Source: Nemertoderma westbladi (taxonomy: Eukaryota; Animalia; Xenacoelomorpha). From it: 59,919 nt of DNA. Positions 14,071-25,577 of the stretch are shown piece by piece; positions within the stretch are counted from its first letter, which is position 1; every line of letters begins with the position of its first letter. Below the pieces are notes generated by a model. That model was not told the origin of the DNA and did no database searches. It saw only the letters and a list, made by a program, of their open reading frames with translations. The stretch covers positions 1-59,919 of the forward strand of contig JAUCBJ010007328.1 in the NCBI GenBank assembly GCA_032718475.1. Reading direction: 5' to 3'. The translations under genes and the position numbers were made by a program.

Positions 14071-15085
14071 GCGAGCAACTTTCCCCTCTTAAATACCGAT
14101 TTTGTGATAGAATTGCTCAATTTTAATCTCTATCTCATAACTGAGCCTCGTGCTGCGCGAAGGCCCCACGAACGTGTAAGTAGTATGTGACTGCTAACAG
14201 ACCATGGCTAGGACAGCCACGCGTCAATAATATTTATAGTGTGCGAATGGGTTAAACGACAAAATCTTAAGAGCTTAACTAGTATCAATCGATTTAGCTT
14301 ATCGAGCCTTAACCCCATCATTACAGGTAGAGGTAAGATGAAGGTCAATTAGACTAATTTCTCGAATAATCTATTATTAGTTGTAGTTCCACAACCTATT
14401 TAACACATTTTATTGCACAGTTATAAAATATCTTTGTTTTCTGTGACTTCCCGGTAAGAAACAGCTGATATACGTGAGTTCTTTCTAACATTGCATGTTC
14501 TTGTCACTTAATTCTTGGGCATATTTTCCCATTAAAATTATCTGTAAAATGTATGTGTGTATCTGTAAAAATAATAATAAAATAATGAGTCCGTTTTTTA
14601 TTAAAAAAAATTATCTCAAAATTTAATATTAACATATGCTTACTGCTTACTTAATAATATAATAGCTATTTAGCTAAATTAATACAAAAATATTATGTAA
14701 GATTCACCGGTATTCTTACTTATGAATAATGGAGATAGGGGAGGGACACTTGATACTTGAATTGACGCAATTGAATTTGAACACAGACCAGGGGGATATG
14801 GACGGAAACAACAATTCATTACGAGCAAAATTAAACTGTAACATGCGGGATTGTCTCTCGTTTATTGTTTTTGTTAGAATAACATGCCATTGTCACTTGC
14901 ACACTATGTTTATTTATTACTTACTATGATTTATTACTTACTATGATTTATTACTTATAATATTTAACAATGTTAATTCGCCGAGACGATTTATTATTGC
15001 CCCCCCCCCCCCCTCCCTATCTCCAATAGTCTTAAAGTTTCACTTATAAATTCGATTATCACAATACCAACAGGCTACATGAAAA

Positions 15086-16747
15086 CTACTCGACTAATTC
15101 CCGCTGTTTCCAAACATCGCTCATTTTACAATCAACCTCGTCGTCTTCTTCTCCATCAGATAGGATACATTCCGGAAGATCCACTGTATCAGCTGCCGGA
15201 CACTGAGGTCGTTCGACGGATATTCCAACGACTTCCTTATCTCTTAGAATAGGACAAAGAAACGCACTGTTTTCTAAAGTCCATTTAGTAAAATTAATCC
15301 TACAATTCTTGTGAGTTTGCAAGGAATTTATATTATCTACAACATCTATTTGTACAAAATCATTGAGTAATTCTTGTGCTGATTGAGACGGTAATAAATC
15401 ACTTTGGTAAACCTGGTTAGGTCCATCCATGTCATTGTCACTTCGAATAAAGTTCTGACAGAATATATCACCGTAATTAGTTAACTGCAAAGCGGCTAAA
15501 CCGTGATCGTGATTAGCTAAAGCAACTCCAGCTACATCCGAATTAAACGCATCAACATCCGCTTCCGCACCAAACATAGACCTAACCAATACACCCGTAT
15601 CCTCTACAGATCTGATTCTCCATGGAGGAGTTGAACACTGGATGAATCCGCCAATAGAAACCGTTGATGCAACACATTCACTGTAGTCGTAAACGAGAAC
15701 AGTATGTTGTAGATCGTCATGATCTCCACATGAAGTGGCTATACCAACTGGGAAATGTTGTAGGTGGTGATGAGACGTTAACAGAGAGTAATCCGGTCTG
15801 CGTTCATCGATAAACACCAACGAATGATCGGTTGCAATCAGATGTAACGGGGTGGATGCGACCGACCACAGTCGGCAAGTTCGGATCAACTCTGCATCGA
15901 ATCCACGGGAACTTGTGTCGTAGAGGTCTGATCTATATCGTCCGACACGCGTGTCGTACAGAGAGAGAGTCTGCTGGTTGTAGAGAGCTAGCATGGTGGG
16001 GTTGCGGGATTGATATACGTTGGTGCGATCGGTGGAACTAATGAGTATTTTAGTAGATCGATGTGGCTCCCATACGGAGACCGTGGTTCCCCCGCTCTCT
16101 AAAGCAGTGCAGTAAGTTATCTCGGTTCCTAAAAGGTGGTTCCAATCGAGACTAATGATCTGGTTGTTTTCAACGATATTTATCGGAGGGATAGACAACT
16201 CTTTACGATCTAAAGCGTAAGAGCAAATGTTTATCGAACTTTCCTTACAGTTGGGAACTCTAGAAACACATGCGATTTCCATTACATTGTCGGAAAAATG
16301 GTTGTAACTTCTTATCTCTTCTATTGATCCTTTAAATTCGTATAAATTATGTAACTCAATTAAACGATAAGGAACATCTGAAGAAGTACATTCCTCTTTT
16401 AATATTCCAATAGTTAAATTTTTACTGTTGGCCCCATTCGTAAACGCGAGTAATAACTGGTGATTCGGTAGCCTTTCTGAACACAGCCGCTGTCGACCCG
16501 ACAATGTATCGGATTCATCATCGAGTTTATTCTCATATTTTCGTTTATTAATGAGAGCGCGGCGTACTCGTCTCGGATAAGATCCTTTGTGTATAGGTAA
16601 GGAGTTCCCTGTCGCCACGAGACCAGTGGAAATCTGCCCCCTAGATATACCGTCGCCATACAGATGAATGCAGCTTGTAAAACCGTGGAAAATTGTAGGG
16701 AATCTACCGATATCTCTAGGCATGCGCGGTAAACCCATTGGTGTCAT
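15086..16747 (-). CDS. TAF1C: TAF1C/Rrn6-like RNA polymerase I SL1 subunit (beta-propeller), single-exon ORF of 553 aa
   Basis: HLIATDHSLVFIDERRP..LL..HH and LQLTNYGDIFCQ resemble recalled TAF1C motifs (HLxxTxFSLYLxDERxP, FQLSxxGDxFYQ). Divergent; needs HMM confirmation. Confidence 0.65.
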   Translation of the reverse strand: MTPMGLPRMPRDIGRFPTIFHGFTSCIHLYGDGISRGQISTGLVATGNSLPIHKGSYPRRVRRALINKRKYENKLDDESDTLSGRQRLCSERLPNHQLLLAFTNGANSKNLTIGILKEECTSSDVPYRLIELHNLYEFKGSIEEIRSYNHFSDNVMEIACVSRVPNCKESSINICSYALDRKELSIPPINIVENNQIISLDWNHLLGTEITYCTALESGGTTVSVWEPHRSTKILISSTDRTNVYQSRNPTMLALYNQQTLSLYDTRVGRYRSDLYDTSSRGFDAELIRTCRLWSVASTPLHLIATDHSLVFIDERRPDYSLLTSHHHLQHFPVGIATSCGDHDDLQHTVLVYDYSECVASTVSIGGFIQCSTPPWRIRSVEDTGVLVRSMFGAEADVDAFNSDVAGVALANHDHGLAALQLTNYGDIFCQNFIRSDNDMDGPNQVYQSDLLPSQSAQELLNDFVQIDVVDNINSLQTHKNCRINFTKWTLENSAFLCPILRDKEVVGISVERPQCPAADTVDLPECILSDGEEDDEVDCKMSDVWKQRELVE

Positions 16748-17175
16748 TATAAATAATTAAATAGACTGAACTGCACGATGTCCACACTCTAGGCTAATCC
16801 GGATAATAAATATATTTTATTTTATGGCTATATTTTGATAAATTTAATAGGACCCTACTGCCCTATTCACAATTGGCCGTCGAAATTCCCAGTTTACAAA
16901 AATAACCTTCCCATATTCCCAAGATCAATAACCTCCGACCGAATAATAAAAAAATTAATCAATAACTCGCAATTGACTGATTGAATACTGGAATAGAATA
17001 GTTTAACTTTAGTTGGTGATTTAGATTCACACCACGTCAGTCATTTATAAATTATTAAATTAATATTTCCTTTCAAGAAAGTAGGACCTGGCTGCCTGGT
17101 GAATGGCTTAGGCCCCTCTATCAGATTGGTTAGATCTGTAGATGTGAGACAGTCGGAATGACAATGCCAGCAATG

Positions 17176-17490
17176 TTACGCTAATCTTTTCCACCAAGGT
17201 TGTGCCTCGCTATTTTCTTTCATGTACTGGGGCCGGTTTAAATCAAATATATCTTTTGGTTTGTTTATCTTTGCCTGATCTATCAAACCAAAGCGGTCAT
17301 CTTCCCCAACTTGTTCCGCTAAATGTCGATCTTCTCTCTCTTCCACTATAGTTTTCCGCTTCCAGGGTTGGTCCTTGTTGCCTCCAATAAAGTTTTCCAA
17401 ATTGTAACCAACGAACCCGACAACTACTGCCACTGGTAGGATAACATAACGGCGACCAAATTTAAATAATACTGGTATCCAGGGACCCAT
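17176..17490 (-). CDS. SMIM12: Small integral membrane protein 12 (UPF0767), 104 aa
   Basis: YVILPVAVVVGFVGYNLE TM segment followed by KTIVEEREDRHL, typical of SMIM12. First ATG at 17490. Confidence 0.88.
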   Translation of the reverse strand: MGPWIPVLFKFGRRYVILPVAVVVGFVGYNLENFIGGNKDQPWKRKTIVEEREDRHLAEQVGEDDRFGLIDQAKINKPKDIFDLNRPQYMKENSEAQPWWKRLA

Positions 17491-18844
17491 ATTAACCAAA
17501 TAGTAGACTAAATTAGGCCTACTGAATTACAATAATCTGAACAACCTACCGGTGTACTGGTGTATCACAGGTCACGGATCGACGGATCTACCAATGCTGA
17601 CTACTGTTGTACTACTACAACTATGCTTATTCCCCAGAAGTTAGTTATTTTCCCAGTTATTTAACCCGCGGGCAGGAAACAACCCCAGGGCGAAGCCCGA
17701 GGGTGTTCCTGCCCAAGGGTTAAATAACTGGGAAAATAACTAACTTCTGGGGAATAAGTAAGTTGTTACACATGTACTGTGGTATGCATTTCGATTATTT
17801 TTATCCCTTAACAACTATTTACAGATTCTAAAAGGGCATTGTTTGGGGGGAGAGTTTACAAAATGGGGCTTGGAAAGTTTTGGGGGTGTTTATATTGATT
17901 TTGCCCAAGGGCATTGGAAAATTTTCGGTGTGTTTCACTTTAATTCATTAATTGCATAGGTGTTATTTTGCCCAAGGGAATAATAACACCCAAGCTCCAA
18001 AGGTAAAACATTAGGCCTACTGTGTCATGTGTGTTGTATAGCTCTATGCTTAATTCATCCAATCGCCGTAAGATTCCATCATCAAAAAAGCACCTGAATT
18101 TGTTAGTGAAAATTGATGTCAAACTTATTTAAATGGTTTACATTCTAAAATTCATATTTTCTTACATTGGCCGCTAGGAGTAACATTGCATAAACTTCAA
18201 ATTGGATATATAACTAAATTGGCTGAATTAATTGAATAGTATTTTTGGTGGACATGTCATGTATCCACTACCCACAGAAGGGGGGTGTATATCGTTCACA
18301 TTAAATACATTTATTAGTATAAATAATTATTTAGTACTTAGGAAAATGTTAATTAATTTAATGGTTCTGGAATATATGAAGTTTATTAAGAATATATATT
18401 ATATGTATATGAATATATATTAATATATATATATTACTTACTATTGAGTTTCGGATTTTGCTCAAACTACGTGGAAAGCTACAAACATTTTCTATTTCGA
18501 TGCTCTTTCAACACATGTAATAAAGTTTAAGAAATTCCACGAAAAATATTTTCACATTTACATTTTTCGCCGGGAAAAGTAAGTTCAATGCAATCCTAGG
18601 CCTACTGTATGATTAACTATTATTCCCTAGGGAAAAAAGTAGGTACTTCTTTTTCTCCACATTTTGAGCTATATTTGAGCTAACTAAATAGTAACATTAT
18701 AAGAATAACATTAATATTCCCATAGTAACGGGTTGTTATGCCAGTTTTAAAAGAATGATGTCACTTAGAGTCGACCAACACCTATCTCCGCTCCACTATA
18801 TCAAAGTATGGTCTAGAAAATGTAGTTTTGGCTAAGAACTGCAT

Positions 18845-19175
18845 AAAAGTAAAGTAAAGTTATATTCAAACGTGTAAGAAGAAACACCCGAGGCAACAAC
18901 CCAAAGGCTCCATTCTCTTGGCTATTATCTGTAACGCAGGGAAGGCACCACACTACTCCCAAGGTCGAGTACTCTGGTTATCTAACCATATTCTTTACTC
19001 CTTAACTCATGTTAGTTAGTGTTCATGTTAGTCAAACCCTGTTAGTCAGTATGTCGGTACATTCAATTATCCTTAACTCATGACAGGTTGCCATTAGCCT
19101 ACAGTACAACTGGAAGCTAGCAACAATTTGGCTGTTCTGGGGCTTGAACACCAGACCTTCCGCTTAGAAGACCGG
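18845..19175 (-). mobile_element. tRNA-derived SINE nested in element A (also at 32340-32595, +)
   Basis: B-box-like GTTCAAGCC near the head, (CTTTA)n tail, body shared with the 4.3 kb and 55.7 kb copies. Confidence 0.55.
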
Positions 19176-19661
19176 TTAATACTTTTTTTCACTTTACTTT
19201 AATATTAAAACGTTTCAATGTCTGTATTAAAAAGGAAAAGGCAGAAAGAGGCGAACGTATTTAAACGACATTCTTAGATATCTTTTTTTAACATTTAGGA
19301 GGAAGGAACTGGAGAAACGCCTCACTGCAGTACGAGGTAGTACGGTACCTTGCAGCCTATATAAATACAGGCCAAACTAGACCTACCTGCAGGGCTGCAG
19401 GCTACAGACCTGGTACGGTGCGACTCTGGACTGTGACACTATGTAGGCCTACTGTACCGGTACCTCTTAATTTGCTGTGGAAATTGAAAGTTTAGTCATA
19501 GATCAGTGCCGTCAATATAATCCGTCAGTATGAGTATGACAAATGAGGTGATTAATGAGACATAAATAGGCCTTGCTGTCTAGTGGAGCACAGCCCAATA
19601 ATAATGAAACATGAAATACAAAACGCCCAATAATAATGAAACATGAAGTACAGTACAAAAC

Positions 19662-19891
19662 TGTTGGAAATATTTTATTATTGGTTCGTCAAGTACTCTG
19701 CCAAACTGTATTGCACAATATAGTTCTGTTTTGTAATATCTCTATGTATATTGGTGATGGGCGTTTGTTTGTCTTCAACTATCAGCTGTTAATGTAACTT
19801 ACTGTACGATATATTATTTCTAGTTTGAAAAGCGATTTTATGTATTGATTAAAAGGTTGTTTGAGACACAGTTATAAATTGTTTTCTAATA
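19662..19891 (+). repeat. 5' LTR (230 bp, TG...TA)
   Basis: Matches 24180-24421 except for a ~12-bp indel. Confidence 0.95.
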
Positions 19892-19905
19892 GGTTATGGG
19901 CCCAG
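19892..19905 (+). promoter_or_regulatory. Primer-binding site GGTTATGGGCCCAG (internal tRNAi-Met type)
   Basis: Lies immediately 3' of the LTR; same motif as the Drosophila copia PBS. Confidence 0.9.
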
Positions 19906-20054
19906 GACGTTTAATTACAACATGTAGTAACCGACCTCTGTTGTATGGGTAATATGATGTGAACTGTGTTTGTCGTACTGTGTATTACAATGTACTGTAT
20001 AACTTTTATTGAGAATTGAGAGTAAATTTATGTTGAGTAATATAGCTTGTGAGG

Positions 20055-23000
20055 ATGTCCAGTGAATATAAAGTTGGTTTACGTACTGATAAATTTACAG
20101 GACAAAACTGGTTTATGTGGAAGCATAAAATGCAAATGGTACTGATTTCAATGGATCTGTGGGATGTTGTAAATGGTAGTGAACCCGCTCCACAAGCAGC
20201 AGGCGATGCGTTTCAAAAATGGTTGAAGAAAGATCAGAAAGCTCGCGCAGAAATTAGTTTGCATCTTGCCGATTCACAATTACCTCTAGTGATGGGGAAA
20301 CCATCTGCATTAGACGCGTGGAATGGATTGAAGACTCAGTTCGAAATGCAAACGATGCAAAATATAATTTATTATAAAAGAAAGTATAGAGACGCTGTTA
20401 TGCAAGAAGGCGACGATATGATGAGTCATATCAATAAGCATCAGGAATTGACGGCTCAACTGGATGCTATTGGAGCAAATGTGCCGGAAAAAGAGCAAAT
20501 ATGGGAATTACTGCTTAGTTTACCAAGATCGTACGAAATGCTGGTAAGCACATTAGAAATGTCTAATGATCTATCTATAGAATTTCTGCGACAAAAATTA
20601 TTAATGGAAGAACAAAAAAAGAAAGAAACACATAAATTTGATTCAAACGAAAATGATGCTTTATTTGCCAATGCTGCTTCAGGTAATTGTCAAGGTAGAG
20701 GTCGTGCGTCATGGAACAGAGGACTTCGCGGTGGTATTGCTAGAGGAAGAGGTAGCAGCTGGCCTAGAAATGCAGGTAATTCTAATAATAATAATAATAG
20801 TTACAGTGCTAGGAACAGCTTCGGCCAATCGCCAAGGTGTTTCAATTGTGGTACATATGGGCATATAGCTAGATACTGCACGCGCCCAGATAATAATGTT
20901 ACGAGTACGAACAGTAGAGGAAATTCTGGTTTATCAAACCAAGGTGCTAATGTAGTTCGATTAGAAAACGATGAGAATGATTTTACCTTTTGGTGTTTAT
21001 CGAGCAATGGAATATCTCACAAAAATGATAATAGTAGTAAATGGTTTATAGATTCAGGAGCTACGCAACATATGTGCTGTAAACGTGATAATTTTCATGA
21101 ATACGTTGAATTACAAAATCCCAGTGTCATTCATTTAGCTAATAATGAAACTGTTGAAGCTTTGGGTATTGGAATGGTTAAATGGAACAATTTAAATGAT
21201 GCATTTATGATTAAAAGATGTCAATTTGAGAATGTTTTATTTGTTCCGAGTTTGTGTCAAAATTTATTATCAGTGAAGAAAATAACAAATCATGATTGCC
21301 AAGTCGTGTTTAGTGAGAACATGTGTAATGTATTTAGCGAACAAAGCAATAAATTGTTAATCACTGCAAAAATTCCCGAGAATGGTAATCAATATGAGCT
21401 TGAAGGCCACGTAAATAAAGAGAAACATGAGGTAAATTTTGCTCAATCTGAATCAAACATAGATTTGTGGCATTGTCGCCTTGGACATGTCAATGAACAA
21501 ACATTAAGAAAAATGTTTAATGATGAACTTGTACATGGAATTGACTTAAATACGAAAGATCAGTTGAAATTTTGTGAAGGATGTGTTTTGGGAAAACAAT
21601 CCAGAAATGAATTTCCAAAGGAAAGTAGCTCTAAATCCGATTGTGTTCTACAACTTGTTCATTCTGACGTATGCGGTCCCATGTCTGAAGTATCATTAGG
21701 TGGGAATCGATACTTTGTGACATTTATCGATGATAAATCTCGATTTTGTGCGGTATATTTTATGAAGGCCAAAAGCGAAGTGATAGACAAGTTTCTGGAA
21801 TATAAACATATGGCAGAGAGACAAACAGGAAAACTAATTAAAAAACTACGCTTTGACAACGGAACAGAGTACGTCAATGATGCATTCAAAAATTATTTTA
21901 AGGAAAAAGGCATATTAAGACAGATGACTGTTTGTTACTCACCACAACAGAACGGAATAGCTGAGAGAAAAAATCGAACTTTGGTTGAAAGTGGGAGAGC
22001 AATTTTACAATATGCTAAACTACCTATTTCATTTTGGGCAGAAGCTGTTCTAACTTCTGCGTTTATAAACAATCGCTGTTCAACCAAAGCCGTTTGTTCT
22101 AAAGTACCATATGAATGTTTTTATGGAGTTAAACCATCAGTAGCTGAGTTTAAAGTGTTTGGGTGTGACGCATGGGTTCATGTTCCAGACGAAAAAAGGA
22201 AGAAATGGGATGCTAAAAGTGTCAAACATGTGTTCGTTGGATATGATTGTGAAAGGAAGGGATATCGAGTATATAATAAGGATACAAAAAAGGTATCAAC
22301 AAGTCGTGATATTAAGTTTAATGAATTAAGTTTCGATGGACGTATTAGTCATAGTACAAGTGACATTATCAATGAGTGTGATGAAGTGATCAATGTGGAT
22401 AATGATGTGGAAAATATCATTAAGAGTGAACCTATTGTAGCTAAGGGGACAACCATAAATGACAAAGTCCATGATGATGAATCGGCTGAATCGTCTATAA
22501 GAAAATCTAGACGCATAAAAAGACAACCAGATAGATATGGGGATTGGATAGAAGGTGAGAATCTCGAGAATATGGTTTTCTCTGTGTCAGGAGAAACGCC
22601 AAAGACAGTAAATGAAGTACTCAATAGTGTGAACAGTGAAAAGTGGAAATTGGCTCTTGAAACGGAATATAACTCGTTGATAAAGAATGACACGTGGAAA
22701 TTAGTTGAATTGCCAGAAGGAAGAAATGCTGTGGGTTGTAAATGGGTTTTTAAAGAGAAAACAGGTTGTGATGGTCAAATTGAACGATATAAAGCTCGTC
22801 TCGTTGCTCAGGGGTACTCACAATTACCCAATATTGACTACCAAGAAACTTTTGCTCCTGTTGTTCGTTACACATCTGTTCGTACTATTCTATCTTTAGC
22901 CAATGAACTTGACTTGGAAGTTCATCATATGGATGTTGAAACGGCATTTCTCAATGGAGTTTTAGAGGAAGAAATTTACATGAGACAACCTGAACATTTT

Positions 23001-24131
23001 ATTCTCAAAGGAGATGAACATTTAGTGTGTAAATTAGAGAAAAGCATATATGGCTTAAAGCAGGCATCTCGTTGTTGGAATAAAGCAATGCATGACAATC
23101 TGGTTGATAATGCAATCGCATGCAGATCCATGTATTTATATAAAACGAGAAGGTAATAACTTTCTAATATTGGCGTTATATGTAGATGACTTACTGCTTT
23201 GCTCCAATTCCATGATTATGTTGAAGGAAGAAAAATTAGCAATTTCAGAGCGATTTAATACAAAAGATTTAGGTGAAGTACGTTACTGCTTGGGAATCAA
23301 GATAGAAAGAGATCGCGATAATCGAAAATTAAAATTAAATCAGCAAGCATATCTTGAAGATCTCTTAAATAAGTTTGGAATGCAAGACTGTAATACTGTC
23401 TCAACACCGTTTGATGCCAATTCAAATTTGTCACTTAATGAAGGGGAGTCAGTTAATCAGAAGAGTTATCAAGCGGCTATAGGAGGGCTGACATATGCTG
23501 TTTGTGCTACTGTACAAGACCGGACTTGGCTGCAGCACTAAGTAATGTTAATCAATTCAGTTCTAATCCAGGCGAGGAACACTGGAAAGCGGTGAAGAGA
23601 ATATTCAGATACATTAAAGGAACGATGGATGTCGGCATTGAATATGTTGCTGATCAATCTAACAACCGTGTTCAATTAGTTGGATATGTAGATGCTGATT
23701 GGGGAAGAAACTATGATAGAAAATCTATATCTGGATATTTGTTCTTTGTGAACGATTCACTTATTTCATGGGCGTGTAAAAAACAAACACTTGTGGCTCA
23801 GAGTACAACGGAGGCAGAGTATATTGCTGCTAGTGTCGCCACCAGGGAGTTAGTGTGGTTAAGAACTTTATTGGGGGATTTAGGCATTGACCAAAATGGG
23901 AGCACTACGTTATTCGAGGATAACAATGGGTGTATTGCGTTATCGGAAAATCCACGTTTTCATGGAAGAACTAAGCATATAGAAATTAAATATCATTACA
24001 TTCGAGACATGGTTAATAAGAAGATTGTTGTTCTAAAACATTGCCCAACTGAACATATGATCGCAGACATTATGACCAAACCACTATTCAAAGAAAAATT
24101 TTTAAAATTCAGAACAAAAATGATGGGTTAA
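20055..24131 (+). pseudogene. Copia gag-pol polyprotein with two frameshifts (~23110, ~23510)
   Basis: CFNCGTYGHIARYC knuckle; WFIDSGAT protease; WHCRLGH..CEGC; HSDVCGP/FDNGTEY/NGIAER integrase; KARLVAQG and YVDD RT; DADW/EAEY/EDN RNase H. Split across three ORFs. Confidence 0.95.
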
Positions 24132-24170
24132 ATTTCATCTCAGATCTCAAGATAAACTGACGTACTTGAC

Positions 24171-24179
24171 GAGGGGAAG
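24171..24179 (+). other. Polypurine tract
   Basis: GAGGGGAAG directly before the 3' LTR. Confidence 0.85.
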
Positions 24180-24421
24180 TGTTGGAAATATTTTATTATT
24201 GGTTCGTCAAGTACTCTGCCAAACTGTATTGCACAATATAGTTCTGTTTTGTAATATCTCTATGTATATTGGTGATGGGCGTTTGTTTGTCTTCTAAACT
24301 CAAATGGACTATCAGCTGTTAATGTAACTTACTGTACGATATATTATTTCTAGTTTGAAAAGCGATTTTATGTATTGATTAAAAGGTTGTTTGAGACACA
24401 GTTATAAATTGTTTTCTAATA
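24180..24421 (+). repeat. 3' LTR (242 bp)
   Basis: Direct repeat of the 5' LTR. Confidence 0.95.
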
Positions 24422-24732
24422 AAAACTAGTTGGTGGTCTGAATACCTGATTTACACCTGATGTGACACACAACAGACCTAAGACGAGTACAGCAGCATTA
24501 CCGGTTCCTATGTTTGTATGTCAGTATGTGGTGTCACGATAAACACTTCACTACTACTGTAAGAGGGAATAACATGGTTATTTTACCCTAGGGCAAAATA
24601 ACTTTTTTGGCCGTAGCCCAGCATTAGGGATAGTTATCATCCCGCTAATAAATGTGTAACAACTGTACATTGTACAGTTTGTTCTTTGTTGTATGACACA
24701 GTTGTATTATGATCAATGACTACCGGTACAAT

Positions 24733-25045
24733 ACACATTACGATCAATCTAACCAATATCACTACTACTGACTACTGTACTATTGGTAGTAGTGATATTG
24801 GTATAACAACAGCTGATTAGTGATCAGTCTCAAAAATAAAACTGTAATGTGTTCTATTGACATAAGTTTATTGTTTTGGTTAGAATAACACATTACGATC
24901 AATCTAACCAATATCACTACTACTGACTACTGTACTATTGGTAGTAGTGATATTGGTATAACAACAGCTGATTAGTGATTAGTCTCAAAAATAAAACTGT
25001 AATCTGTTCTATTGACATAAGTTTATTGTCTTGGTTAGAATAACA
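24733..25045. repeat. ~156-bp direct duplication, each unit containing a short hairpin (accaatatcactacta...tagtagtgatattggt)
   Basis: Two near-identical units starting at ~24733 and ~24889. Confidence 0.85.
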
Positions 25046-25323
25046 AGCCACTATGCAGCGCACTGTAACCTGCTCCTTTCCTTAAATTGACAATTTAACA
25101 TTCAGTTGAGACGAGATATTAATTCACCGGGATGGGATTTTGGCCCAGTTTCCCCCTGTCTCCAGTCTCCGGAGTAAGCATTACATAACTGTAGTCCATT
25201 GTCTGATTGTTGATTGCTCTAGGCCTACTCCAGTCAGCAACAGAGCTACCCTGTAGCTGTGTAGTTCCAATAGTCTGATAGTAGGAGAGTTAGGATAGTC
25301 CTGGCATGTACCCTAAGATAAAC

Positions 25324-25465
25324 CGGGTGCTGGTCACTTCGCCGCACTGCCACTTCGCCGCGGGTCACCTCGCCGCAGATAATGTGCGGCGAGGTGTCTT
25401 TGCGGCAAGGTGTCTTACTGTGAATGCCATTTCGCCGCAAATTATCGGACACCTCGCCGCAAGTC
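25324..25465 (+). mobile_element. Probable DNA-transposon end with (T/C)TCGCCGC subterminal repeats
   Basis: Begins CGGGTGCTGGTCACTTCGCCGC with repeated tcgccgc; no matching right end found. Confidence 0.4.
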
Positions 25466-25577
25466 AATATTAATCATTTATTTCTATATTTACATGGATG
25501 CCTACTTATGGCATTGGACATTATTATTAGAACACTGTAGAATAAATACAATAATACCGTCAGACGGTAAGGTTTGT

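Larger units (their letters stand above)
19662..24421 (+). mobile_element. Full-length Ty1/Copia LTR retrotransposon
   Basis: Two LTRs, 5-bp TSD AAAAC (19657-19661 and 24422-24426), PBS, PPT, and gag-PR-IN-RT-RH domain order. Confidence 0.98.
17617..24664 (+). mobile_element. Hairpin-headed non-coding element family A, copy 1 (~2.3 kb, interrupted by the Copia element)
   Basis: Colinear inverted match to 31620-33746. ~135-bp hairpin at 17626-17758; terminal direct repeat ACAACT. Confidence 0.85.

Noticed and set aside
14200-14256. piggyBac-like GGG-TTAA end
   Set aside because: No convincing matching left TIR found.
17940-18423. Small ORFs duplicated at 32940-33423
   Set aside because: Non-ATG starts, AT-rich, conserved only because element A is duplicated.
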